Origin: an uncultured Verrucomicrobia subdivision 3 bacterium
GTDB lineage: Bacteria > Verrucomicrobiota > Verrucomicrobiia > Limisphaerales > UBA11358
Reading direction: 5' to 3'
Length of the DNA: 64,000 bases
Assembly (NCBI GenBank): GCA_903878805.1
Contig: CAIRJF010000028.1
Location: 81,490-145,489, forward strand
Positions 20,304 to 28,694 of this stretch are shown piece by piece; position 1 is the stretch's first letter; every line of letters begins with the position of its first letter. The position numbers were made by a program, and so were the translations under genes. The notes beneath the pieces were generated by a model. The model had not been told where the DNA came from, ran no database searches, and was given only the letters and a program-made list of their open reading frames with translations.

Positions 20304-21592
20304 TGAAACTCGGCACAGCCCAGATTGACATCACGCCCCAACCGGGCGTGGAGCTTTCTGGTTTTGCTGCCCGGGTTCAGCCTTCGACCGGCGTGCTAGA
20401 TAAGCTTTTTGCGAAGGTGCTTTTCATCGAAACCGAGCAAACCAAACTGCTGTGGATTCATTGCGATTTGATTGGATTCGATCGTGCGATCGTTTTGGAA
20501 TTCCGTCGCTGGGCGCATGAAAAACTCGGACTCGGCACGCATCAGGTGATGCTCTCCGCAACGCACACGCACTCGGGTCCGGCGACGATTCACCTGCGCG
20601 AGTGCGGCGAATACGACTCGGTCTACGTTGAGTTTTTGCAGAAAAGTTTTCGCCGGGCGGCGGAAATAGCGGTGGCACAAGGTGAAGTTGTCGACCTGAC
20701 GTGTGTGGAAGGTCAGCTTCCACTCGCCGTGGATCGCCGCCAAACGGTAACACCGCATACGGATCCGCGCGTTGCCGCGATTGGATTTCGTCGCAGCAAC
20801 GGCAGCTTTGTTGCGGTGCTGGTGAATTACGCCCTGCATCCGGTCGCGCTCGGGTCCAAGAACCGATACATCAGCGCGGACATTTTCGGCGAAGCGGCTA
20901 AACAACTTTCGCGCGAATTGCTCGGCCGTCCGCTGGTTTTGCTGACCAACGGTGCGTGTGGCAATTTAAATCCACCGGCAGAAAATGTTTCGTTTGAGCA
21001 GGTGAAGTTGTGGGGCCGGCAAATTGCCGAGGCGGTGCAACCGCTGTTGCTAGCTGGGAAAATAAATTTTCAGCCCACGCTCCAACTGCTGAACCGAAAC
21101 CTTAAATTGCCTTTGGAAACATTGGATGCGAATGGGATCAATCATTTCGCGGATGAAGCTCTACGCAACGCCGCAGCGCTCGCGGAATGGGGCGACAGAT
21201 ACCGACGTGTCGTCGGGCATTGGCGCACGACACTGTTAGAACAAATCGGAAAAAACGACGCGAGTCAGCACGAAGCCGAGTTGTTCGGCGTGCTTTTGGA
21301 TGAAGTGATTTTCGTCGGCGCGAATGCCGAGATGTTCTCGGAATTCACCGATTGGCTGCGCGAAAAATCCCGACGACAGATTTATCTCGTCGGCTATGCC
21401 AACGGCGATGTGGGCTACCTACCGACGCGCGCAGCTTATGCCGAGGGCGGCTACGAAGTGGATGTGGCGCATCTTTTTTACGGCGGCTTCCGTCTGCGCG
21501 CGGGCGGACTCGAACAACTTGCCGCCGCTGCGCAGGACTTGGTGCGCGAACTGGAGGCGAAATTTTCGAACGATATGGTGCAGAACAAATGA
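20300..21592 (+). CDS. Neutral ceramidase-like amidohydrolase, cytoplasmic copy
   Basis: MMKLGTAQIDITP...LSGF...SATHTHSGP. No signal peptide. Paralog of 9468-10874. ATGA overlaps on both sides. Confidence 0.7.
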   Translation: MMKLGTAQIDITPQPGVELSGFAARVQPSTGVLDKLFAKVLFIETEQTKLLWIHCDLIGFDRAIVLEFRRWAHEKLGLGTHQVMLSATHTHSGPATIHLRECGEYDSVYVEFLQKSFRRAAEIAVAQGEVVDLTCVEGQLPLAVDRRQTVTPHTDPRVAAIGFRRSNGSFVAVLVNYALHPVALGSKNRYISADIFGEAAKQLSRELLGRPLVLLTNGACGNLNPPAENVSFEQVKLWGRQIAEAVQPLLLAGKINFQPTLQLLNRNLKLPLETLDANGINHFADEALRNAAALAEWGDRYRRVVGHWRTTLLEQIGKNDASQHEAELFGVLLDEVIFVGANAEMFSEFTDWLREKSRRQIYLVGYANGDVGYLPTRAAYAEGGYEVDVAHLFYGGFRLRAGGLEQLAAAAQDLVRELEAKFSNDMVQNK

Positions 21593-23838
21593 ATTTCAAT
21601 AACTCTTCGCCGAAGCAAAATATTTTGCCGCTACTGCAGTCAACTAGCGACGGTTGGACGAGGCGTTCATTCGTGCAAACGCTCGGCGGCGCGGCGCTGA
21701 GTGCGGGTTTACTTTCCAATTTTCCGGTCGCGGTGTCTGCGATTGAAAATTCCGCTGCAAAAAGCTCCTCAGAAAAAAATGACCGTCCGCATTATCGCGC
21801 CATCGGCTGGTGGCTGACGTTTGACGATCTCACCTGGCCGAATCCAGAGTTGATGGACAAGATTCGCCGTCGCGCGGATCAGTGCGCCGCAAGCGGCGTG
21901 AATTGTTGCATCGTTTTCGGCGCGCACTTGCGCTGGGATTTCATGCCGTTGTGGGAGCGATTTCATGATGAGTTGCGGTTTGTCGCGGATGAATTGCATC
22001 AGCGCAAAATATTTTTGTTCGATCATCACTCTGCCACCATCGTGCATCGTCCGCGCAATCGCGACGAAGCGCTCGACATCTGGCGGCGCAACCGTCATCA
22101 CGTTCCCTTTTATCCATCGCGCGACATCGCGGCGACGTGGGAATTTGCCGGCTCGCATCTCAATGACTGGCGGATGCTCGACGTGGAAACCGGCGCACCG
22201 GTTTTTGTGCCGGCCTACACCGCCGAGCAATTTTGCATGAACCACCCCGGTTTCCGTAAAGGCTATGCCGCCTACGTCAAAAAACTGCTCGCGGACACGG
22301 GCATGGACGGGTTGATGAGCGATGACATGATTTTTTACGCGGACTGGCGAGCGTGCGGTTGCAAGTTTTGTCGCGACCGATTCAAGTGCGAATACGGCCA
22401 CGACCTGCCGCCGGTGAGTGACACTAGTTTCTGGGGCAACCGTCGCAGCCAGGCGTTTCGCGACTGGATCAAAATGCGTTTTCAAACGCCGGCAGATTTT
22501 CTCGCGGAAGTAAAAAACGCGCTGCCGAGAAATTTCCCACTGCTGACCTGCTGCTCCAGCAGCGACAATTTTTATCTGCCGAGCTTCGGCATGAGCTATC
22601 AGGATTTCATCCAAAGCTGCAATCACGTCATGCTCGAAATGGTCGGCCAGACGCCGGCCATCGAAGGCACTTGGGACGAGCGCGTGCCGAGCCAGTTGCT
22701 GCATCTGGACATCGCGGGCAAACACAACGCGCCGTGCTTTGGTCTCGGCTACGGATTTTTTCCCGACACGGCATTTTTCATCTGGGCAGTGAACAAATTT
22801 CTCGGTTCCGATTGCTGGTTCAGCACCGTGAAAGGCCGGCTGGACGCATCGCCAACAGAACTCGCCGCGCTTGCGGATGATTCTGAACTGGTCGGTGAAG
22901 GTTTCAATTGGGAGAAGACTAACTCGGAATTATTTCGTGGTGAGGCTGAAACCGATACCGCCATTTTTTTCTCTCGGGCCACGCGCGATTTTTACAGCGA
23001 AGTCATAGGTGATTATTGCGGCGACTACAATGCCAGCTGCTTAAATTTATCCCGTGAGAATCTTCCGTGCGAAGTGGTCACCGAAATTCCATCATTAGGA
23101 AAAACGCGTTGTCTGATCCTGAGCAGTGTCATGTGTCTCTCAATCGTCCAGCGGAAGCAACTGGCAGATTTTCTATACGTCGGCGGCATGGTCATTGCCA
23201 CCGGTCCAAACGGTTATTACGACGAGCAGGGCAATCCCGCAGCGAAACCGTGGCTGGAGGAATTTGGCGCGACGGTTGAATTGATCGAGCCGGATCGCCC
23301 TGGAAATTTTCCGCCGTATAAAAATTTCAAAACGCCGGTCGAGTTGACGAAGTGCCGCGTGCCGGAATCGTTTCAGAAAACATTTCAGAACGGCTGGTTT
23401 GATTTGCCCGTGAGCAAAGGACGTTTGCTGTGGCGACCGGAACGAATCTCCAACAAAAATACGCGCGCGGCCGTCGCGGCGCTGTTGCAGTCGCGCTATC
23501 AAAGCGGTGTCAAGATCAGCGGACTGCCCGATGGCTGGATGCTGCGGCAATACCGCGACGGCAATCGTCTGTTGATCCATGCGCTACCGGGCAAAGTCGT
23601 CACCTCGTTGCATCCGACTTTGAAGAATCAAATGACCAAGCAGCGCATTGTTGAGAAATTAGTTTTCACGCCGCTGGTTGGGACGGTGGCTCTGAACTCG
23701 CAGCTAAAATTCAAGAGCGTGAGATTGCACAGTCCTGATTTGATTCAGCCCCATGTTGGGAGCACGCGTTCTGCCAATGAGTGGATCGTCGAAACGGCCA
23801 ATGTCAGCCGGTATTTTATCGTCGAGTGCGAAGCTTGA
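21589..23838 (+). CDS. Tat-signal GH42-like (beta-galactosidase family-like) TIM-barrel protein
   Basis: The ATG at 21589 overlaps the upstream stop. TRRSFVQTLGGAALSAG is a Tat motif. ACGCKFCRDRFKCEYG resembles the GH42 CxCxxC zinc motif. LILSSVMCLSIVQRKQLADFLYVGGMVIATG resembles the GH42 trimerisation-domain block. Confidence 0.5.
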   Translation: MNFNNSSPKQNILPLLQSTSDGWTRRSFVQTLGGAALSAGLLSNFPVAVSAIENSAAKSSSEKNDRPHYRAIGWWLTFDDLTWPNPELMDKIRRRADQCAASGVNCCIVFGAHLRWDFMPLWERFHDELRFVADELHQRKIFLFDHHSATIVHRPRNRDEALDIWRRNRHHVPFYPSRDIAATWEFAGSHLNDWRMLDVETGAPVFVPAYTAEQFCMNHPGFRKGYAAYVKKLLADTGMDGLMSDDMIFYADWRACGCKFCRDRFKCEYGHDLPPVSDTSFWGNRRSQAFRDWIKMRFQTPADFLAEVKNALPRNFPLLTCCSSSDNFYLPSFGMSYQDFIQSCNHVMLEMVGQTPAIEGTWDERVPSQLLHLDIAGKHNAPCFGLGYGFFPDTAFFIWAVNKFLGSDCWFSTVKGRLDASPTELAALADDSELVGEGFNWEKTNSELFRGEAETDTAIFFSRATRDFYSEVIGDYCGDYNASCLNLSRENLPCEVVTEIPSLGKTRCLILSSVMCLSIVQRKQLADFLYVGGMVIATGPNGYYDEQGNPAAKPWLEEFGATVELIEPDRPGNFPPYKNFKTPVELTKCRVPESFQKTFQNGWFDLPVSKGRLLWRPERISNKNTRAAVAALLQSRYQSGVKISGLPDGWMLRQYRDGNRLLIHALPGKVVTSLHPTLKNQMTKQRIVEKLVFTPLVGTVALNSQLKFKSVRLHSPDLIQPHVGSTRSANEWIVETANVSRYFIVECEA

Positions 23839-23874
23839 CTGCGTTTCTACCTTGGATGTTTTAAACGAAATAAA

Positions 23875-24927
23875 ATGAAGCGCACCATGACAAATAGTTC
23901 CAGCCGGCGGCCCGTCAGCGTGGCGGTCGTCGGTCTTGGCTTGATGGGTGTGACGCATCTCAAAGCTTATCAACAAATCAAAGGCGTGAGGATTATCGCC
24001 CTGGCAGATCACCGACGCGTGCCGATTCGAGGTTTGCTGGTAGGAGCAAGCGGCAACACGGGCGGCGCGGATGCGATCTGGCTGGGACCGGAGGTCAAAG
24101 TATATCGCACCATTGAGGAATTGCTCGCGAACCCACAAGTTGAACTCGTCAGTTTATGCACCCCGACGGCGACTCATTCTTCCCACGCGCTGGCGGCATT
24201 GCGAGCGGGGAAACATGTTGTCTGTGAAAAACCGCTGGCACGAACCTCGGCGTTGGGGCGAAAAATTGTCGCCGCGGCCCGGAAGTCGCCGGGCTATTTT
24301 ATGCCGGCCATGTGCATGAGATTTTGGCCGGGTTGGGCTGGCCTCAAGACACTGGTGACGGGACAGAAATACGGAAAAGTTTTGACGGCAAGGTTTCGCC
24401 GTGTGTCTGCCCCGCCGACCTGGGGGCAAAAGCATTATTTCAATGGCGCGGAATCCGGTGGCGCTCTGCTCGACTTGCATATCCATGACACCGACTTCGT
24501 TCAATTTCTGTTTGGCCGCCCTGTAAGTGTTTTTTCGACAGGGCGCAGCGTATTCAGCGGCGCGATTGACCATGTGGTGACGCAGTATCGCGTGAACGGC
24601 GGCGCGGTGGTTCATGCGGAGGGCAGTTGGCTGAACGCGGGCGGTTTTTCGATGGCTTACACCATCCATTTTGAAAAGATGACTTTAGACTATGACAGCC
24701 GACGCGGTGTCGGTGCCATGGTTAAAACTGCACCAGGAAAATCGACTAAGGTCATGAAGCTCGGCTCCGCTGATGGCTATGTTTGGGAACTGCAGCACAT
24801 GATCCGCTCCATTCAAGCCGGGACACCGCCAACCATTGTGACCGCCGAGGATGCGTTACAGGCGGTCAAAATCTGCGAGGCCGAAGAGCAGTCTATCCGA
24901 ACCGGCAAAGCGGTTGCCATAACCTGA
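23875..24927 (+). CDS. Gfo/Idh/MocA-family oxidoreductase
   Basis: VSVAVVGLGLMGVTH Rossmann start. HVVCEKPLA motif. Confidence 0.8.
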   Translation: MKRTMTNSSSRRPVSVAVVGLGLMGVTHLKAYQQIKGVRIIALADHRRVPIRGLLVGASGNTGGADAIWLGPEVKVYRTIEELLANPQVELVSLCTPTATHSSHALAALRAGKHVVCEKPLARTSALGRKIVAAARKSPGYFMPAMCMRFWPGWAGLKTLVTGQKYGKVLTARFRRVSAPPTWGQKHYFNGAESGGALLDLHIHDTDFVQFLFGRPVSVFSTGRSVFSGAIDHVVTQYRVNGGAVVHAEGSWLNAGGFSMAYTIHFEKMTLDYDSRRGVGAMVKTAPGKSTKVMKLGSADGYVWELQHMIRSIQAGTPPTIVTAEDALQAVKICEAEEQSIRTGKAVAIT

Positions 24928-24947
24928 AACAAGCCAAAAAATTATCC

Positions 24948-26594
24948 ATGAAAACAAAACTTCATAATTTTCTGTTGATCGCTGCGTTCGCGACCAGCGG
25001 CATATCACAACCGGCCAGCGCGCAAAATCTCGGCATCATTCCCGCACCGACCGAAGTGGAATGGTTAGCCGGCAAGTTTTCTTTGAATGACGGACAACAA
25101 ATCTTTTCCCAGAACGGCGACGAAAAAAACGCGGCGAGTTTTTTACAGTCCGGGCTGAAGGCGCGAAAAGGACTAACCCTCAAACTGGTTCACGGTGGCA
25201 GAGCGGCGGATAGCGGAATTGTTTTTATGCAGGACTTGCGTGAAACATTTCCGAACGAAGGTTACTCGCTGACGGTTTCATCGAATCGCGTAACACTGCG
25301 GGCAGCCACCGATGCTGGATTCTTTTATGCGGCGCAATCGCTGTTGCAGATGGCTGCCGCGCAGTCATCGGCGACCACAAATTCCATCGCGTTGCCAGCG
25401 GTGAGTATCACGGATGCGCCGCGATTCGAGTGGCGCGGATTTCTCCTCGATGAATCGGATCATTTTTACGGCAAGCAGTCGGTGGAGGAAATTCTCGACC
25501 TGATGGCCGGCTTGAAGTTGAACCGCTTTCATTGGCATCTCACCGACGACTATGGCTGGCGCATTGAGATCAAACGTTATCCGAAGCTCACGCAGATTGG
25601 TGCGAGCCGCAACTTCGAGCACACCAACACCGCGCCGCAATTTTATTCGCAGAAAGATGTCCGCGAAATCGTGGACTACGCGCGGCAGCGGCACATCGTC
25701 ATCGTTCCCGAAATTGATATGCCCGGCCACGCGACGGCGGCGACGATGGCCTATCCAGAAATCGGCGAAGGCGGCATGGGCCACTGGACCGGCTACACGT
25801 TCCATCCCGCGAAGCCTGAGACGTATGAATTTTTGAAAAACATTCTGCGCGAAGTGCGTGATCTGTTTCCCGGTCAATACATCCATCTCGGCGGCGACGA
25901 AGTCTGGTTCGGCAACCGGCAGTGGACGAACGATCCGGCGATTGTGAAATTCACGCGTGATCTCGGCTATACGAACTCGGTGCAGCTTGAAGGTTATTTT
26001 AACCGTCGCATGGCCGCGATCGTTCATGAACTTGGTCGCACGCCGCTCGGCTGGGACGAACTGGTGGCCGCCGATGCTGATCCGAAATACACTGGCGTTT
26101 TCTGGTGGCGGCAGGACAAGACGAATATTTTGACGAAAGCGGCGGCGCGCGATTACCGTGTGGTGCTCTGCCCGCGCCTGCCGACTTATTTGAACTACGT
26201 CCAGGATGATTTCCAAAAAGTTGGCCGCCGCTGGAAGAAAATTTTCAACTCCATTGACCGGGTCTATGATTTTCCCGACAAGGTCATCACCGACAATGTG
26301 CCGCCGGGGAAAGAGAAAAACATCATCGGCATCGAGGGCTGCCTGTGGACGGAATTTGTGCCGGATCGCAGCCGCGCCGACTACATGATCTTCCCGCGCC
26401 TCGCCGCTATCGCCGAGGATGCGTGGACTCCGGCGGCGCGGAAGAACGAGGCAGATTTTATGAACCGCTTGCCAGCGTTTTTGAGCGAATTGGAGCGTCG
26501 CCAGATGCCGCATTACGATCCTTTCAATCCGCTGCCCGCGCCGGAACCCCCTGGCTGCACGAATCAGGATTACAAACTGCCGCCGACCGAGTGA
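24948..26594 (+). CDS. GH20 beta-N-acetylhexosaminidase, secreted
   Basis: Signal peptide from the ATG at 24948. RGFLLDESDHF, RFHWHLTDDYGWR, EIDMPGHA and GGDEV are GH20 catalytic-domain hallmarks. Confidence 0.85.
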   Translation: MKTKLHNFLLIAAFATSGISQPASAQNLGIIPAPTEVEWLAGKFSLNDGQQIFSQNGDEKNAASFLQSGLKARKGLTLKLVHGGRAADSGIVFMQDLRETFPNEGYSLTVSSNRVTLRAATDAGFFYAAQSLLQMAAAQSSATTNSIALPAVSITDAPRFEWRGFLLDESDHFYGKQSVEEILDLMAGLKLNRFHWHLTDDYGWRIEIKRYPKLTQIGASRNFEHTNTAPQFYSQKDVREIVDYARQRHIVIVPEIDMPGHATAATMAYPEIGEGGMGHWTGYTFHPAKPETYEFLKNILREVRDLFPGQYIHLGGDEVWFGNRQWTNDPAIVKFTRDLGYTNSVQLEGYFNRRMAAIVHELGRTPLGWDELVAADADPKYTGVFWWRQDKTNILTKAAARDYRVVLCPRLPTYLNYVQDDFQKVGRRWKKIFNSIDRVYDFPDKVITDNVPPGKEKNIIGIEGCLWTEFVPDRSRADYMIFPRLAAIAEDAWTPAARKNEADFMNRLPAFLSELERRQMPHYDPFNPLPAPEPPGCTNQDYKLPPTE

Positions 26595-26613
26595 GCGGAA
26601 GTGAGTTGTTTTG

Positions 26614-28248
26614 ATGAAATCTAGCAGGAAAAATTTATCGGCCGAACTGTTTCGCGCGGCGTTTGCGGCAATAAATATTTTTCTGTTTTCCGTCATCATC
26701 GGCACTGTCTCGCAGCCGGTAATGGCGGTGGTTCCGGCCCGGCTGACCGGCCCGATTTACGCCGATTACGCCGCGCCGTTGCGCGAGGCCACGACTCGCG
26801 CGGACGGTTACGATCACGTGGATACGCCCGCGCTCATCCAAAAGTTGCAGGCGGGCAACATCAAGACCTACGCGTTTCTCGTGCACAGCGTGCCGTCGGA
26901 TTGGGATGATTTTCGCCTCGAATTTCTCCCGGCGGCACAGGCGGCAAATCTGAATGTCTGGTTGTATCTCACGCCGCCGAGTGAGACGAGTCCCGTGCCA
27001 TACAGCAGCAATTATGTCGCGTGGGCGACCGCTGCCGCGCAACTCGGGAGGACTTATCCGGTGCTGAAAGGCCTCGCGATGGATGACTTCAATGGCAACG
27101 AAAGTTTTTTCACGCCGACCTATGTCAGCAACATGGTGGCCGCCGCCTATGCCATCAACACGAACATGGTTTTCCTGCCGGTGAATTATGACTTCACGCA
27201 CAACGGCATCACATCATTTCTCACCCAGGATATTTGCCCAGCCTTTGCCAGTGCCTACGGCCCATTTTGCGGCGGCGTCATTTTTCCCTACCTGAACTGG
27301 ACGAATAAAAACGACTACAGCGATGAACTGTTTCAGATTTCGAACAACGCCGCCATCATGAACGGCCAAATCTGCCAGTTCGTGGTGAACCTTCCGTCAA
27401 ACACCCGCTCGCTTGTCGGAGATTTTTCTGCGTTGAGCCAGACCATTAGCAATGCGTCGGGGTTTCCGAATGTGCCATACCCGTTTCCCGTCCGCGTGTT
27501 CGATGACTACAACGGTGCCACGACCGGATACCACCAGTTGCAGCTCCTCGTGGATGGCGTGGCCGTGTGGAGTCGGGACGTCAGCGGCACAAATGGCGTG
27601 CAGGATTTCACTCTCGATCTCGGATCACAGCTCGCGGGCAAAACCTCGGCCACACTGACCGCGCGGGTCTATGATGCGAAAGCGGTTTCCAATTTTCATG
27701 TGCTCGCCGCGCTGAATTTGCCTGCTGGCACTTGGACAAAAGTTGAGAGCGGTAGTTTTGTCGGCACTGGCACTTATTATCCCGGCACACCCGGCCTGAA
27801 TGTTCCGCTGATCACCATGATCTACGATGGCGGCTACGGCAGCGGCACGAATTATTGGGGGCCGACTACCAACTATGTCCGGGACTCGAACATTCTCGCC
27901 CAAACTGCGGTGTTGAACCATGTCACTCGCGGCATCATCCAATACAAAATGGATAAGTCCGCCGGCAGCGGACAATTTCCGATTGTGCAAAAATTGTATG
28001 GGCAGTGGGCCTACTGCCCGCAGTTCAATTCCATCAAGCGGCAATCAGATGGCAGCGTTTCTGTCAGCGGCACCGGCGGCGGCCCGGATATCAGCTACTC
28101 ACTCCAATCGGCGGACACGATTACCGCGCCGCTTGCTTCGTGGTTCTTGGCGGCTACGAATCGTTTTGATGCAAGTGGAAATTTCACCAACGCCGGTTTT
28201 CCAACTTTGGGAAAGCCAAGCCAGTTTTACCGGATTTCCGTTCCTTAA
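26614..28248 (+). CDS. Uncharacterised secreted protein (domain paralogous to 10871-11791 plus C-terminal beta-rich region ending FYRISVP)
   Basis: Hydrophobic leader. Shared blocks with 10871-11791. C-terminal module resembles the C-terminus of 209-4477. Confidence 0.7.
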   Translation: MKSSRKNLSAELFRAAFAAINIFLFSVIIGTVSQPVMAVVPARLTGPIYADYAAPLREATTRADGYDHVDTPALIQKLQAGNIKTYAFLVHSVPSDWDDFRLEFLPAAQAANLNVWLYLTPPSETSPVPYSSNYVAWATAAAQLGRTYPVLKGLAMDDFNGNESFFTPTYVSNMVAAAYAINTNMVFLPVNYDFTHNGITSFLTQDICPAFASAYGPFCGGVIFPYLNWTNKNDYSDELFQISNNAAIMNGQICQFVVNLPSNTRSLVGDFSALSQTISNASGFPNVPYPFPVRVFDDYNGATTGYHQLQLLVDGVAVWSRDVSGTNGVQDFTLDLGSQLAGKTSATLTARVYDAKAVSNFHVLAALNLPAGTWTKVESGSFVGTGTYYPGTPGLNVPLITMIYDGGYGSGTNYWGPTTNYVRDSNILAQTAVLNHVTRGIIQYKMDKSAGSGQFPIVQKLYGQWAYCPQFNSIKRQSDGSVSVSGTGGGPDISYSLQSADTITAPLASWFLAATNRFDASGNFTNAGFPTLGKPSQFYRISVP

Positions 28249-28362
28249 CGCAGGTGCGTTTGGACAAGGTTTCAAAGTCAGTTTGAAATAGTTTTTGAAA
28301 TGGCAAGGTTGCCGATTGCCGTGATTGTCACCCGCGATAATTTCCAAACGAGACAGCAGACT

Positions 28363-28492
28363 CCGAGCGTGCTTCCTAAGCGCAATCCGTTTTGGCGAAG
28401 CGAGGGCAGTCAATGTGGAGGCGGCGGGCGACAGGGCGCACGACATTGACGGCGCGAGCGAGCCATAAAATTAAAGCGCGAGGCACGCTCGG
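28363..28492. repeat. Nested inverted repeats (candidate structured RNA or recombination-site arms)
   Basis: Outer pair CCGAGCGTGC (28363-28372) / GCACGCTCGG (28483-28492), extendable with a bulge through TTC..GCGC. Inner pair GTCAATGT (28409-28416) / ACATTGAC (28443-28450). Confidence 0.45.
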
Positions 28493-28694
28493 TTTGGCTC
28501 AATTTCACAAATCACGTTGCAACTGTTGGAAGCTACGCAAAGTTCATGGATTTCGGCATGAGCAGCGTCTCAAACGAATCAATGAAGTGGCAACGCGGAA
28601 TGGCAAAAAAACCGGTGGGCGAAAATTTGCCGCGAGGTTTCCCCCGCTGATGAGCCAATCGCCATGTCGTTGCATCGGAAGGCCATTCAGCAAA

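Noticed and set aside
25365-26705. 446-aa minus-strand ORF antisense to the GH20 gene. Similar long antisense ORFs lie at 45020-46192 (+), 39584-40876 (-), 57138-58241 (-), 31373-32374 (-), 21769-22725 (-), 36217-37152 (-), 55523-56503 (+), 34114-35079 (-), 12168-12845 (-) and 18939-19649 (-).
   Set aside because: Each lies opposite a gene with strong family motifs. Their translations are Arg/Ala/His-rich low-complexity sequences typical of stop-poor antisense frames in GC-rich coding DNA. No motifs were recognised.
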